Below, one piece after another: positions 1-12,322 of a stretch of 64,000 nt of DNA. Position numbers and translations under genes: made by a program. The DNA is from Protoeuglena noctilucae (Eukaryota), in contig OY253670.1 in assembly GCA_958009085.1 (NCBI GenBank), forward strand, positions 186,001-250,000, in the 5' to 3' direction. The notes below the pieces were generated by a model, which was not told the origin of the DNA, did not search any database, and worked only from the letters and a program-made list of their open reading frames with translations. Each line of letters begins with the position of its first letter. The first letter of the stretch is position 1.

Positions 1-541
1 CGGCTGTCGCTGGTGAGCTGCTGGTAGATGGCGTCACGTTGCGCCTCGGAGAGAAGCTTCGAGTCGTTTAACTCATCGACTTGCACGTCCTCGGGGAGGA
101 TGCACGCCGCAGCCACGACGGGACCCGCCAGCGGACCACGCCCCGCCTCGTCCACGCCAGCGATCAACTTGTACCCGTCTGCCTCAAGCTTCCGCTCCAT
201 CTCCCTGGCCTTCCCCGCGCTGCTCGGGCCTGTTGACGCTCCCCGGCGCTGAGCTGGCTTGGGCTTGGGCTTGGGCGAGGAAACCGGCGATGCTTTCGCA
301 GCCTGCGAGCGCGCAGGCCCGGTTTTAAGCGCGGTTGTTGCAACGCCATGACGTCCTGCCCCTGGCCTGCGCTCGCCTGGCGCGACGTGGCCCGCGGGCG
401 GAGCACTCGCAAAGGCGCTCTCTCGCTCATCGCAGGCTCGGCTGCGCGCGACCGGCCCTTCGCCATCGACGCCACGCAGACCCTCCAGGCCCTGCGTGCC
501 TCACGCAGCAAAGGCCCAGCGAAATCCACACGACATGGCAA
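1..541 (-). CDS. rnhB: Ribonuclease HII, bacterial/organellar type; 3' end runs off the window
   Basis: Minus strand reads [36 protein letters not shown]...[10 protein letters not shown] (GVDEAGRG and DSKxL motifs). It joins an Arg/Ala-rich N-terminal exon through a phase-0 GC-AG intron at 303-376. The exact start is uncertain. Confidence 0.9.
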
Positions 542-927
542 GAACGATCACTTGCTTGCGCAGCGATCTCACCGCCGCGAGGATCGAGATCAGGTATGGA
601 CGTGCTCGGCGGGCAGACTGGCGGAGACGCGCCAGTGCAGCTGACCAGTGCGACGGCAGCGATGCGTGAAGGGGCCCGCGAAAGCACATGCGACATTTAA
701 TCGTGTCGGGGAGCATCCTCGGGGTGGGAGCTGGCGTCCTGGGTTTGGTTAGCGGGGGATCACTTCTTGCCGTTGCTGGGGAGCAGACTGCGCGCGCAGC
801 AGGGGTCGCGGCGATGGGCGCAGACGAGAATTGAGCTTTATCGGCATCAACAACGTATCCGACATCGTAGGGCGTTCAAGAACGGACTGCGCGACCTGAA
901 AGAGGCCCGTGCACGCTCATCGCCACG

Positions 928-3900
928 ATGGTGCCGGCGGCCGCCCCCAGGCCGGCTCGCGTCGATACGTACGACGCCGCCGACCCGTTGGAAGACGTAG
1001 AGGACGAACGGCTCCTCGGAGATGCCATGGGCGGTGAGGTTGCGAAAGAGGGCGTGCATGCAGTGGCGCCTCTGAGCAAACAGCGACCCCTGCGCCTCAG
1101 CCGCCGCGTCTGCAGACGGGCGCGCGCGTGACTTCGCGTCCCTGGATGGCAAGAAGTTTGCGCCGATTCCCGCCGACGCCAAGGGCCTGCCTTCGGTGCC
1201 GGAGCTCCCCGTGCTATCGACCGAAGACGAGGACAAGCTCTTTGCCAAGATATCCTGGCGGATCCTCCCTGTGCACTTCACGCTCGCCATGTGCTGCTTC
1301 ATCGACCGCACCAACCTGAGCTACGGCGCGCTGCAGCTCAACGAGGACCTCGGCTTTGGCCCAGAGGTCTACGGGCTGGGTGCTGGCATCTTCTTCATCT
1401 CATACACCGGTGCGCTACTACCGGTGGCTACGAGGGCGTGCGTGATCCACTGCTGTGAGCCACGTGCACGCACGGCCCCTCGCCTCTCTCTCCCTGCAGC
1501 CTTTCAAATCCCGTCCGACATGGTCATCGGCCGTGTCGGTGCCCCGCTGTGGCTGGCGCTCATCCTGTTTGTCTGGGGGGGGCTGGCTGCATGCATGGCC
1601 GGCATCCGGAGCCAGTCGGGCTTTTTCGTGCTGCGGCTCTTTCTCGGGTGAGCGCAGGGCCGTGAGCAAACCCAGCATGTCAGGGCAGGCGCAAGCACCA
1701 CACTGAGCATTGCCCTTTGCGCACCGCCACGCAGGGCCGCGGAGGCGGGGACGTTCCCGGGCATCTGGCACCACCTGGCGATGTTCTACTCTCCACGCAC
1801 GGTCGGCGAGGCCTACACGCGCGTCGCGACGGTCACGGCCTTCTCCTCGGTCGTTGGCGGCCCCTTAGCGGCCCTGCTGATGCAGCTGGACGGCGCCTGG
1901 GGCCTGCGGTGAGTGCCCTGCCTCTTGCAAGGAAGGGGTTGTGCGGCAGGGGGCGCAGCAAGGCGCTTCGCTCTGCCCATTCTGGCTAGCACCTAGGACA
2001 AGCGCATTTGATGCCTCTGCTACGCCAGAGCTCTCTTGTCTCCCAGGGGCTGGCAGTGGCTCTTCATGTTAGAGGGATCCCTGACGGCGCTAGCGTCCCT
2101 GGTGGTCCTCTTTGGGCTTCCCAAGAGCCCCGACGACACACCGTGGCTGACGGTGGACGAGAAGCGACACATCGCGGGCGTCGCAGGTGAGAGTTGGATG
2201 TAAACCTGGGCTTGGTGGCCGTGGGCCGTCCACGGCTAAGGATTGGCACTGGAGCCACCCCTGTGTGCGCGCGGGTCGCGGGTGTGTCCTCACGCAGCGG
2301 CCGAGTGAGGTGGGGGCCAGGCAGTGACAGCGCGCCCGCCTCCTGGCACACCGTAGCTGCCTCCAAGGGTACCCACCGCGGCCCCAGTTGCGCTGACCTG
2401 GCCACGGCGGTCAAGTCCCCCGCTCCGTGGCACCTGGGTGCCATTTGGGGCCTGTCCGAGTGCTCCATGTACGGCTGCACGTTCTGGATCCCTCTCATCG
2501 TCCGGGGCATCCTGGGCATTGGCAAGCACGCCAGGCGAGTGGCGGTGGGCACTTGCCAGCGAATGCCACACGCAAGGGGCAGCACTGGCACCATGCGCCA
2601 TGTGCCATGCACGTGCGTCTCCCATCCACACTCACGCGAGACGCCTCGTCCTCCGCAGCGGAAGAAGCCAAGCGCATGACATCATCGCGGTATCTCTCGT
2701 GTCGGCAGTGCCCTTCACGACTGCGACCGTCGCCATGCTCTACGTGGCGCACCTGTCTGCCGTGCGCGACGAGCGCAAGTGGCACATGATTGTGTCGCTC
2801 ATGGCCGGGGCCCTGTTTCTGGGCGTCCTCACCCCACTGCTGGGGAAGCTCAGGCGAGCCGCGGGTGTTTCATGGCAGCAAGCGCGCTCCCTCGGTGTCG
2901 GTGTCGTGTCGTTGTTGCTGTGTTAGTTTAGCGCTTGGTTAGGAGTAAGGCGAGGATGGGATGGGCAGTCTGTTGCGGTGACTTCATGACTCCCGTATCC
3001 CTGCCTTCGCAGCTCGGTCGCCGGCATCGCATCGCTCTCTGTCGCCACTGGCAGCGTCTGGGCCATCCATGGCCCCATCATGTCGCTCCCCGCCATTCTG
3101 CTTCCGTCCTCAGCGAGGTGAGGCAGGGACCGCACTCTCCAGCCAGCGAGTAGCACTCCCATGGACTAATGGGCAGTGACAGTGACAGCGACACGCGTGG
3201 CTTGCCCCCACTTGCGCTACACGCACTGACCACCCTGCCCTCCGTGCTGCAGGGCGGCGGGTGTCGCCTTGATGAACTCCCTCGGAGCTACGGGTGGCTT
3301 CGTGGGCCCTTATCTGATCGGAGTCCTCGCTGATGATGGGCGGGGATACGGCCTGGCGATGTTTGTGCTGGGCGTGCTACTGGTGGCCTCTGCCGCCCTC
3401 ACCTGGCTGGTCAAGGAGGATGGCGGCGCGGCTGGGGACGGGGGGGGATACGCCAGGTGTGCGGGGGGCCAGGAGGCCGACACGACAGCTGTGATGTATG
3501 TGCCTTGTGGACGCAGGCAGAGCCTGGCTTGGACTCCACCTCGCACCATGCGCCTCATCTGGGCAGCTACCACGTTAGCTGCTCGTGGTGCCAACAATTG
3601 CGACGTTCCCGCACTTCCCCCCCCGCAGCGTGGCCACGGCGGAGGGTGCGTCGTTTGAGTCTCACGGGCGCACCCGCCGCGACTCGGAGCTGGCCAACCG
3701 CGCCAGCCCCAGCGGTGGCAGCTCCCCCCTTGCGGCCAACTGGAGCTCGGGCATCGAGCGCCACTTGCTCAGGAGCTACTCGGGGACGAGGGGCGTGCGC
3801 GGGGGGAGGGCTGCCGGGGGAGAGGGGGCGTTGGAGGGTGGGTCGGGGGATGGAGTGGAGACGTGGGGTACAACGTGGGGAGGGGACGATGGGGGGGGTG

Positions 3901-4007
3901 GGGATGGTGGGAACGAGGGGCGGTGGGGGCGCAAGGTCCGGCTGAACGAGCTGTGGCGCAAGGACCGCAGGGGCGGGGATCCCGGTGGGGAATCGGGGCA
4001 CAGTTGA
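928..4007 (+). CDS. MFS transporter, anion:cation symporter family (TtuB/Dal5-like), about 10 exons
   Basis: KISWRILP...FIDRTNLSYGALQLNEDLG...YGLGAGIFFISY, FQIPSD, LRLFLG|AAEAGTFPG, LRGWQWLFMLEG, MYGCTFWIP, NSLGATGGFVGPYLIG. Ends in a Gly-rich tail with TGA at 4007. Confidence 0.9.
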
Positions 4008-4218
4008 CGGCTCTCTTAGGGTTGGTGCTGCAGATGTCGTGAATGTGAGCAGATCGGACGATTCATGGATGACTAGCGCCACGTCGCAGATTGAATTGCG
4101 ACCGGCAGAGCATGCAGGGGTAGAGTTGGGGCTGGAGCGGCCGGGAATGCTGGCCCGAAAGGACAAGGGCGGAGGCAGATGCGAATGTACAAGAGCGATC
4201 TATAAAAGAGCGATCCTG

Positions 4219-5208
4219 TCAACCCAACAACTCGAAGTCGTCCAGCTTGTCGTTGAAACGCTGGACCTTCCTGCGGATCTTCGAAGTATCCACCCACGTG
4301 ACAAAGTCCTCCATGGATCGCGTGACGTGGTATGCCGGGTCTGCAGCACATACAGGCAAGGCACGGAGCACCTCAGCAGGGTAGGCAGCAGAGGGCTTGC
4401 AGGGTCCTACCCTGTGCATGCACCTGATTACTGGCCCAGGCTGTGGCCCTCACCCGTGATTGTCTCGGGCCCCACCCGCACGTGGCCCTGCTCGACAAAG
4501 GTGCACGCCTCCTTCATCGTCTCCGCCATCTTAAGCCGCACCATCACCACCGCCAAGCGGCGCCTGCAAAGGGGGGAAGGGTGTGAGCGTCAAGCAAGCT
4601 CAAGCATCGAGTAGGCGAGGCCGCGCGCGTCGCTAGGTGCACATAGAGGTAGAGATATAGATAGCAAATAACTCAATAGCTTCCGCACCTGCAGAAAGAC
4701 GCGGTGCTGAGCTTCTCCGTCTGCGCCAAGCTCTTCTTGCTCGGCAGGACGCCCATGTTGTACAGCTTCTCAAGCAACTGGTCGGTAATCTGAATCCGCG
4801 TCTCGTCCTTTGCGTCGAGCTTCCTGCACGAGCGAGAGCGGGGCGGTGCTCGGCGGGGGCGCCACGACGAGGAGTCTGCGCAAAGCAAGGGGGCCCCGCG
4901 GCGCGCGCCTGAGCACGTTGGTGAGCTTGGTGATCATCCCCACGATTTTGTTGTACTTCTTGTAATCGTCCCGGTCCTGGATGTGGTACCGCCGCATCAC
5001 CTGCGGCCGCGGGAGGTCGGGCGGCTCTCGCACGGCCGCCAGGCCGTCCCGCGGTCGAGGACGGGGCGGGGCCCCTCAGAGTGGGTCGTGCTGCTTATTT
5101 AGATGGCGTGCGTCTTACCTGTAGCTCCCGCAAGTTGTGTTCTCGGTTCCATTGCAGAAAGTCGACCTTTTTCAGGAGCTTGTGCTCGTGGTACTTGAGT
5201 TTCCTCAT
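4219..5208 (-). CDS. IMP3: U3 snoRNP protein IMP3 (S4 domain), 5 exons
   Basis: MRKLKYHEHKLLKKVDFLQWK...VMRRYHIQDRDDYKKYNK...STASFCRRRLAVVMVRLKMAE...EQGHVRVGP...TRSMEDFVTWVDTSKIRRKV. Confidence 0.97.
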
Positions 5209-5609
5209 GGCTGGAGGAAAGGGCCCCCAGACGGCCCAGTCACGCGGATTTCGCCGCCAATATCACCAGGGTGGACTGGACAGGCGCAGGCGGGGGCAGC
5301 TGCGCAACAACGCTTCTCCTGAAGGGCTTAGGAAGCGGCTGCGTTCGCGTGAGCAATCTCCAGACCCGATGCCGGATGAACCGCACGAGACGTGATGGAC
5401 TGTCACGCATGCGCGCCACGACGCGCTGCTCCTGCTCCCCGGCGCTGCCCTGGGCTGAGTCGCTGCGCCAGATGAGAAATGTAGGGACGCGTTTGGAAGA
5501 ACTAATGCAAGCGAGGCCGAATCCTAGGCCGGGAGTTCCTCTGCGCGCGGCCCGTAGACGCGCGGAACGGAAAGGGGGCGCAGTCCCCGCAGCTCCGGCG
5601 CACGTCGTC

Positions 5610-7895
5610 ATGTCGGCCGCGCTCGTCGATGGCGTCTCGGGCGCCGCCGGCGGGATCGTCGCAACCGCCGTGACGTACCCGTTGATGACGATGTCGACGC
5701 GTCAGGCCGTCTCCTCGACCGGTGAGCCACCCCTCGATGCGCGGGCCTATCCCCTGCTGGTCTTGAAAGTCAACCTGCCCCCGCCGCCTCCCCGAGGCTC
5801 TGAGCGCCGCGGCCGCAGCCGATCCCCAACTGTTGCTTCCTCCTCTTTCCATTTCTCGTGCTGTCGCCCTTTGCATCCCGCGCCCTCGACGGCCTGCTCA
5901 AACGGGCGACGTTCTGCCCGTCCCTCCGCCGTCCCCGCGCGCCCTCCGGCCGCGCTTTGATCCCCCGAGACGCCTGGCTTATATGCCTCCGCAGAGGGTC
6001 AGAAGCCTGGGCTGCTCGCGGGCCTCCTGGCGGCCGCTCAGAAGGGCGAGCTGCGGACCCTGTACGACGGTCTTGGCCCCTCGCTCATTGGCACCGCTGC
6101 GTCCCAGGGAGTCTACTTCTACCTCTACGAGCTCATCCGCAGCATCTTCCTCAGCCGCGCCGCCGTCGACACCCTCGGGGACCTCCCGCAACTCTCGGGT
6201 GAGTGGTGGCATGCAGCACCGGCAGGGTGCAGGCCTCCCTGGGCGCGGGTGCGTGCATGGGTCGAGCGCCGCGAGCGCAGCACCCAACGCGCTCTTTCGA
6301 AGGGCCGTCTCTCGACCACTGTCGCGCAGTGGGCTCCTCCCTGGTCATCGCTGCGCTGGCTGGGTGCGGCAACGTCGTCATCACCAACCCCATCTGGGTG
6401 TTGGTCATCCGGATGCAGACGCAGCGCAGCCGGGCTGCCAAGCGAGACCCGAGTGAGTCATGCACGGCGTGGCAGATTGCACGCAGCGTGTTGCTCAGGG
6501 GTGATGGCACCCACGCAACCCTGTTGGTGCACCCCGTTCCTCTGTTCTGCAGCCCCGCCCGCGTCGTCCACTTCCACGGAAGAGAAAGTGGAGGGTGACA
6601 GCGTGCGGCCCCTGCCGGGTGCGTCAGTGCTGGGAGTGGGGTCGGGGGGGAAGGGCGATGGGGAGGGCGATGTGGAGGAGGGGCTGGCTGCGAAGGGGGC
6701 AAGGAGAGGCGGAGAGGGGCGGGGAGAGGGAGCGAAGGGGACTGAGGCGGGTGACAGAGGCTTGGAGGGAGGGGCAGCACCGAGGGAGGGGCAGGATGCA
6801 GCAACAGGCGGGGGGGAGGATGCGGGGGCTCAGAAAGGTGAAGGTGCACACAGTTAGGAGTGCTAGCAGAGTGCATGGTGCGCATGGCACGAGCGAGTTG
6901 AGCCCAACAACAGGGGCCGATGTGTTGGGTCACCTATCGTGTGGCAGCTGTCGCAAGGCACGCACCGCACGCTGACTGCTCGCTGTCTTGTCCTCGCGCA
7001 GGTGGGCTTCTGCAGGCTGCCCGTGAGCTCTGGCGCGAGGACGGCTTGGGCGGTTTCTGGCGCGGGGTCTTGCCCTCCCTGGTCATGGTCATCAACCCCA
7101 CCATTCAGTATGTGGTGCTTGAGGTGTGTGGTTGTACCGCTTTGACCAAGCGCGCTTGCGTCGCATACCGGCATGCCACTACACCGCCTCAAACACCCCT
7201 CTGTCTGAGCACGCAGTGGCTCATGGCCCGCTGGCGACGCGGCAAGCGTCGAGCGGCGCTGGACCGCCTGGCAGCGAGACTGGGCAACGGCGCGCCCCTG
7301 CAAGCGCCCCCGGGCGTGAGCCTGGCCCGGTTCCTGCTGAGCCGGGACCCCGCGTCCGCTCGTGTGCTGCACCGTGCCTCGGTGCTGGGCTCGGGAGAGA
7401 TCTTTGCCCTCAGCGCCCTGTCCAAGGCCTTTGCCACCGTGGCCACGTACCCAATGCTGGTGGTCAAGGCGCAACTGCAGGCGGCGCGCCGGGGCGACAA
7501 GCAGACTTACTCCGGCACGTTCGGGGCCGTCGCGGAGATCGCGCGGTCCGAGGGGCTCGTGGGGTTCTTTAAGGGAATGGGTGCCAAGGTGAGGAGAGGA
7601 TTGTGCGAGATGATTATACGTGGTTTTGGGAATAGCCCCATGGGTCCTGATGGGCGCTAGAGGTGCTTGGGTAGTCCATGCTTAGCACCGTGCGTCATTC
7701 AGTAAATTCGTCGCCTGCCATGCGTGGTCCACTGGCGGTCGCTGACTGATCAATGGCTAGCACCGCTGTGTGTCGCAGATGACCCAGTCGGTGCTGGCAG
7801 CGGCCCTGCTCTTCATGCTCAAGGAGGACATCAAGGGCCTCATCGCCAAGGGGCTCGTGCGCGTGGGGCTCCGGGAAGCGCAGGACGACAACTAA
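5610..7895 (+). CDS. Peroxisomal NAD/CoA/adenine nucleotide carrier (SLC25A17/PMP34/PXN-like)
   Basis: Carrier repeats TYPLMTMSTRQ, TNPIWVLVIRMQ and TYPMLVVKAQLQ, plus LYDGLGPSLIGTAASQGVYFYLYE, LVMVINPTIQY and GFFKGMGAKMTQSVL. Confidence 0.88.
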
Positions 7896-8046
7896 GACGA
7901 CGACTGAGACGATCACGTGGCATGGGTGTAGTCATATAAGTGGATGGGACGAGGCATGTGGCTTGCGATACCCCTTGCGAGGTGTTGTTTGGTCCGTTGC
8001 ATCCACTTGGCACCACTTCATACGGCTGCATGACGCGTGTCGCCTT

Positions 8047-11000
8047 TCAAGCTCCGCCCTCGCCCGCCCCGTCGTCCCCGCTCCCCCGCACAGCGTCTGC
8101 CACGAGGGCAGGCACCCCAGACACCACGCGCTCCGTGGCTACCGTCACCATCCCTGGGGGCGCGCCCTTGGGCTTGCGCACGTCCTTCCCTGCGAGCGAC
8201 GGGGGCTCATTGATCGCTATCGCAACTAGCAAAGACATGAAGTCGCGATCGTCGCTACTGCACGCGGCAAGCGTGGCAGAGGTCAGTCTGGCGCATGGTT
8301 CAGTGGTACTGGTGGTGACTTCACGACCCTCAGCACGCTCACCGTAGCACATGGTGACGTCGAAGCGGGGGCTGCTCTTGGCTTTGGAGAAATGCACTGC
8401 GAGCCCAGCCGCGAAGGCAATGTCGTCGTCCTGCACCTTCTGCCCGGGCTCGATTCTGGGGGGCGTCAGTAGAGGCGAACGGTGTCGTGAACATCGACTT
8501 CGGAACGAGCGAGCTACGGTGGAGCAAGAGCGCGCCGTGGTGCATCTACACCCCCCCGCACTCGTCTCTCCGTGCAACGCTACCGGCGCACTGCAACAAC
8601 CCCCCGCCGCAAGACCCACCTGAGCACGACGTGTGCGCCCGGCACATGTCGGGCGTGCATCCACACATCCTGCTCCCGCGCCACCTTAATCGACAGCTCG
8701 TCGTTCTGACGGTTGTTGCGGCCCACCAGCACCGGCAGCCCCGACGGAGTCGTGAAGCGTCGGAAGGGCGGGCCCTGCCGCCGCGCCGCCTTCTGCGTCG
8801 CCTGCACAAGCACAGAGGAATGCCAGAGCCAACTTAGATGAAAGCCACAAAGCCACAAACCCCTCTTCTCACCCTTGTTGCCGTCACCCCAACCCAACTC
8901 CCCTGCTCTCCTGAGCCATCTACACCCAACCCCACCCCACTCAGTCCGCCCTCCCTCAGGTCACCTTGCTCTCCTTCCCCGCCGCCTTCCTCGCCCGCGC
9001 CCCGTCCCCCGCTGGCATCGCCCCCGCCTCCTCCATCTCAGCCAGAATCTCACGCAGCACCTGCAGGTCGCCCGGACCCGAGTAAGGCCCCACCGCTGCC
9101 AGGGACATCTGGACCGACGACAGCCACTCGAGGCGAGACTGCGAGAGACAACCAGGGGAGGAGATGTGAGGAGTAGCACTAGTAGTAGCTATAATTGATT
9201 CCTGCAAATCGGAGACAGAGTGTGTCGTTCAACTCCCTTGCTCTTACGCAGCCTAGCCGCCTCTGTTCCCTGCCCTCAGCGGCGCTGTGGCAGTCATCCG
9301 AACATCATCCATGTTTCCCATCGCTCCTCACCTTGGCTTCTTCGATCAACGGCCCCAGGAACTCCGAGCCCCTCCGAGCCTTGCGTGCCTTCTTGAACCA
9401 CGCATCCACTTGCTCATGCGGCCTCAACGACGGGTCCAACTCCAACGTCACCTTCTCCCCGGTCGTCCAGTCGTCCACTGCGAGCCGTTTGATATCGACA
9501 CTCAACCTCCCTCAGCACCGCATCACATGCAACACCACCCGCGCAGCGTGGCAAGTTAGGGAAAGCGAGCTTTGCACTACAGCCCCAGCTGCCGCATCCC
9601 TCACCCTCGATGGACCGCATGCCCAGCTCCATGCGCCATATGTTGGCCGCCAGCAGCTCCCCGACGTGCGCCACGCTCTCGTGTTCCGCGGCCTGACTCA
9701 TCTGCCGCTCCACCGACCGCAGCTTGCCCTCGGCGCGACGCTGCGCCTCTCGCACCGCCCTGTCCAGCCGCGACTGCAGCTCCTCGTGCTGCCTGCGCTC
9801 CGCGGCCTGGCCCGAGACCAGCTGCAGCACGTTCAGCACCGAGCCGTCTGCACCCGGCACCTCCGCGAACCGGGGACGCGCATCGGGCCCTGCGGCGGCG
9901 GCGGCCCCTGCATGACACCACGCGAGAGAGGACACAGCTGAGCCGGCGCAGCACAGTCCACACAGCACAACCGCGCAGCACAGCCACAGAAGCGAGACCA
10001 GAGCGGGGCCTCGTGTCGCGTGTCGCGATGCCTGTCACCGTGGAGGAAGCCGAGGACGGTGAAACCCCCCTCCGGCACGAGCGCCCCTGCCAGGAAGTCC
10101 CCCGACGTGACCGCCACGCGCCACCTCTCTAGAGCCCCCGACAGCGCCTCCCATTCAGCCGGGCCCAGCGCGGCGGCCGTCGCAGCCGAGTCGACCCCAG
10201 CCGCCCAGCAGACCTCGCGAGCGACGCGGGGGGACATCCCGCAGAAAGCCCGCGTCAGCGCCGCCACCAGCGTCGGAGGCCGGCCCCGCGCCCCGCCGTC
10301 CCGCGCCTCCCCAGCGGCGGCGTTGCCATCGCTGCCAGTGCTGCCTGGGGGCGTCAGAGCGCCCCGCAGGCTGCCGGGCGCCAGTGACTCTGGCGTGGGC
10401 GTCAGGCCGGGCGGCGCCGGGGGTGGCACGTAGGGCTTGCCGAGCTCGAGGCCGCGCAGGGGTGACACGGCGCCGTGGTGCGCGATGGCGAGCACGTGGG
10501 ACGTGGCAGCGTCGAGGAGCGTCAGGTAGCTGCGCGAGGGAGAGGGAGAGGGCGAGACTAGCGCGGTGCAGCGCGGACAGAGGAGCGAACGCCAGCTGCT
10601 GAGGCGCAGCCAGATGTGAGCCAGTGCACTCTGCGCGGCTCATGCATGTGCCTGGGCCATCGCCCTCACCTCATGGCGCCCCTGGGCTCGAGGCAGAGGT
10701 GGTGCTGGGGTGGCTCGCCCTGGTGCGATGAGAAGCTGAGCCGCAGGACACGGTCGAAAGGGGCGGGGAGGTCGCAGGACGTCAGGATGGCGTTGCGGAG
10801 ACGGGCGTGGGCCATGGCGACCAGCGTAGAAGGCTCGACAGAGGGCGGGGTGTAGTTGCGAGGGGCCTGTGGGCAGTGGGCAACAGCACGGGTTGACTGA
10901 CCAACCGAGGTGATGCTGTGTTGCCACCCGACCAAGGGTGTGATGTATGCGTGAACTCACCAGCGACAGCGTCGGTCCCTCCGGGTCCCAGGACAGAACC

Positions 11001-11805
11001 AGGAAGCTCACACCCGACAATCCACGCAGTCGCAGACATGCTGCGGGCATCCCACACGTGGGTGTGAGGGTCGAAGCGACGGTGGAGGGCTAGTACAGCT
11101 GGGCAGCCAACGCTACTCGCCTGCCACGGGGCTGATCTGCAGGCATCCCTCGACCTTAGCGGGGCACAGCGTTTGATTGATCTCGCTCGACACGGCTCGC
11201 AGCGTTGTAAAGTCAATGGGCTCCCGGGACGCAATCGCCAGGCTCCGGGCCACGTCCCCAGGGAGAGACCCCTCCGTGTCTCCCTCAGCGTCGCCCCCAC
11301 CCGCGCCATCGACATCCAGATCTCCGATCAGCGCAAGCGCCGCACCGTATGGTTCCTGAGGCCCTGGCTGCGGAGGCGGGGCTAGTATGCCTGTCGAGAC
11401 GCAGCCACAGGCATTGGAAAAGCCCAAGCACGCTCGCAGGCCCAGGCCAGTCACCTTGGATTGCCGTAAAACACGCAGTGCATCTTTCTTGACTCCGCGC
11501 GCGATCAAGCCCGAGGCGCGGTCGCTTGGCGCGGCGCTACGCACTGGATATCCTGCGTGCACGGAAAAAGCCCCAGGCGCTTGACGATCCCCCCGCTCAG
11601 CTCAGCGCATGGTCATAGGCTGTGCGTGATGCCGCCGGCGTCGCTCTCTGAGTGGCGCACCTCGTACGCCTGCCCGGCCCGTTAGCAAAGTTCGCGAAGC
11701 AAAGCTCGTTCGCCATTGCGCAGCCGCGGCGGAGCTCCTCGTCGCTGCTTGGTATGACGTCGAGGGGGAGAAGCCAGGGATATCGAGCCCCCTCGCCGCT
11801 GCCAT
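8047..11805 (-). CDS. rqcH: Bacterial-type RqcH/Rqc2 (NFACT/FbpA family) with N-terminal transit-like extension, about 11 exons
   Basis: IDFTTLRAV, PFDRVLRLSF, HhH-like AFCGMSPRVAREV, GELLAANIW, LELDPSL...WFKKARKARR, and NFACT-R VGRNNRQNDEL...DVWMHARHVPGAHVVL...VRKPKGAPPGMVT. The start is inferred. Confidence 0.88.
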
Positions 11806-12322
11806 TGTCTGGGCAGGCCCCCCAAGCAACAAGACTCGCACGCGGCAGATCGCTCGACCGGAAGCCATCAAGAAGTGAGATCCAGGAACATCGCAGACAA
11901 ACATAACGATGCCCACCGGCACAGGCACACGCGCTCAGAAGGGCTCAGGAGGTGCGCGGCCGATGTCAGAGTGTGTCGCTGGCAGACGCTGTGGCGATGC
12001 ATGGTCAGGTGCACAGCATGACAAAGGCGGGTGAGGGTGTCACCATCGACCGGCTGCCATGCGCTTTCAAGCACTCTCAATGGAAAGGATGCATTTGCGT
12101 ATCACGGGCGCTGCAAGGCGATGGCGGCCTGTCACTCGCAGCCTCGCACCCGCACTGCACCAGCGTCGGTCCCTTGGTCACCTGCACTCAGCGGCGCAGT
12201 AAGTCAAGTCGCCGTCTAACCCGCGCTTGCGCTGCCCATGCCTGCTGCCCCTTAATCCACACAATGCACCACGCGGGGTCTGCGCCATTTCCCTCCCCAC
12301 GCCCTCACCTGGAAACCCGCGG

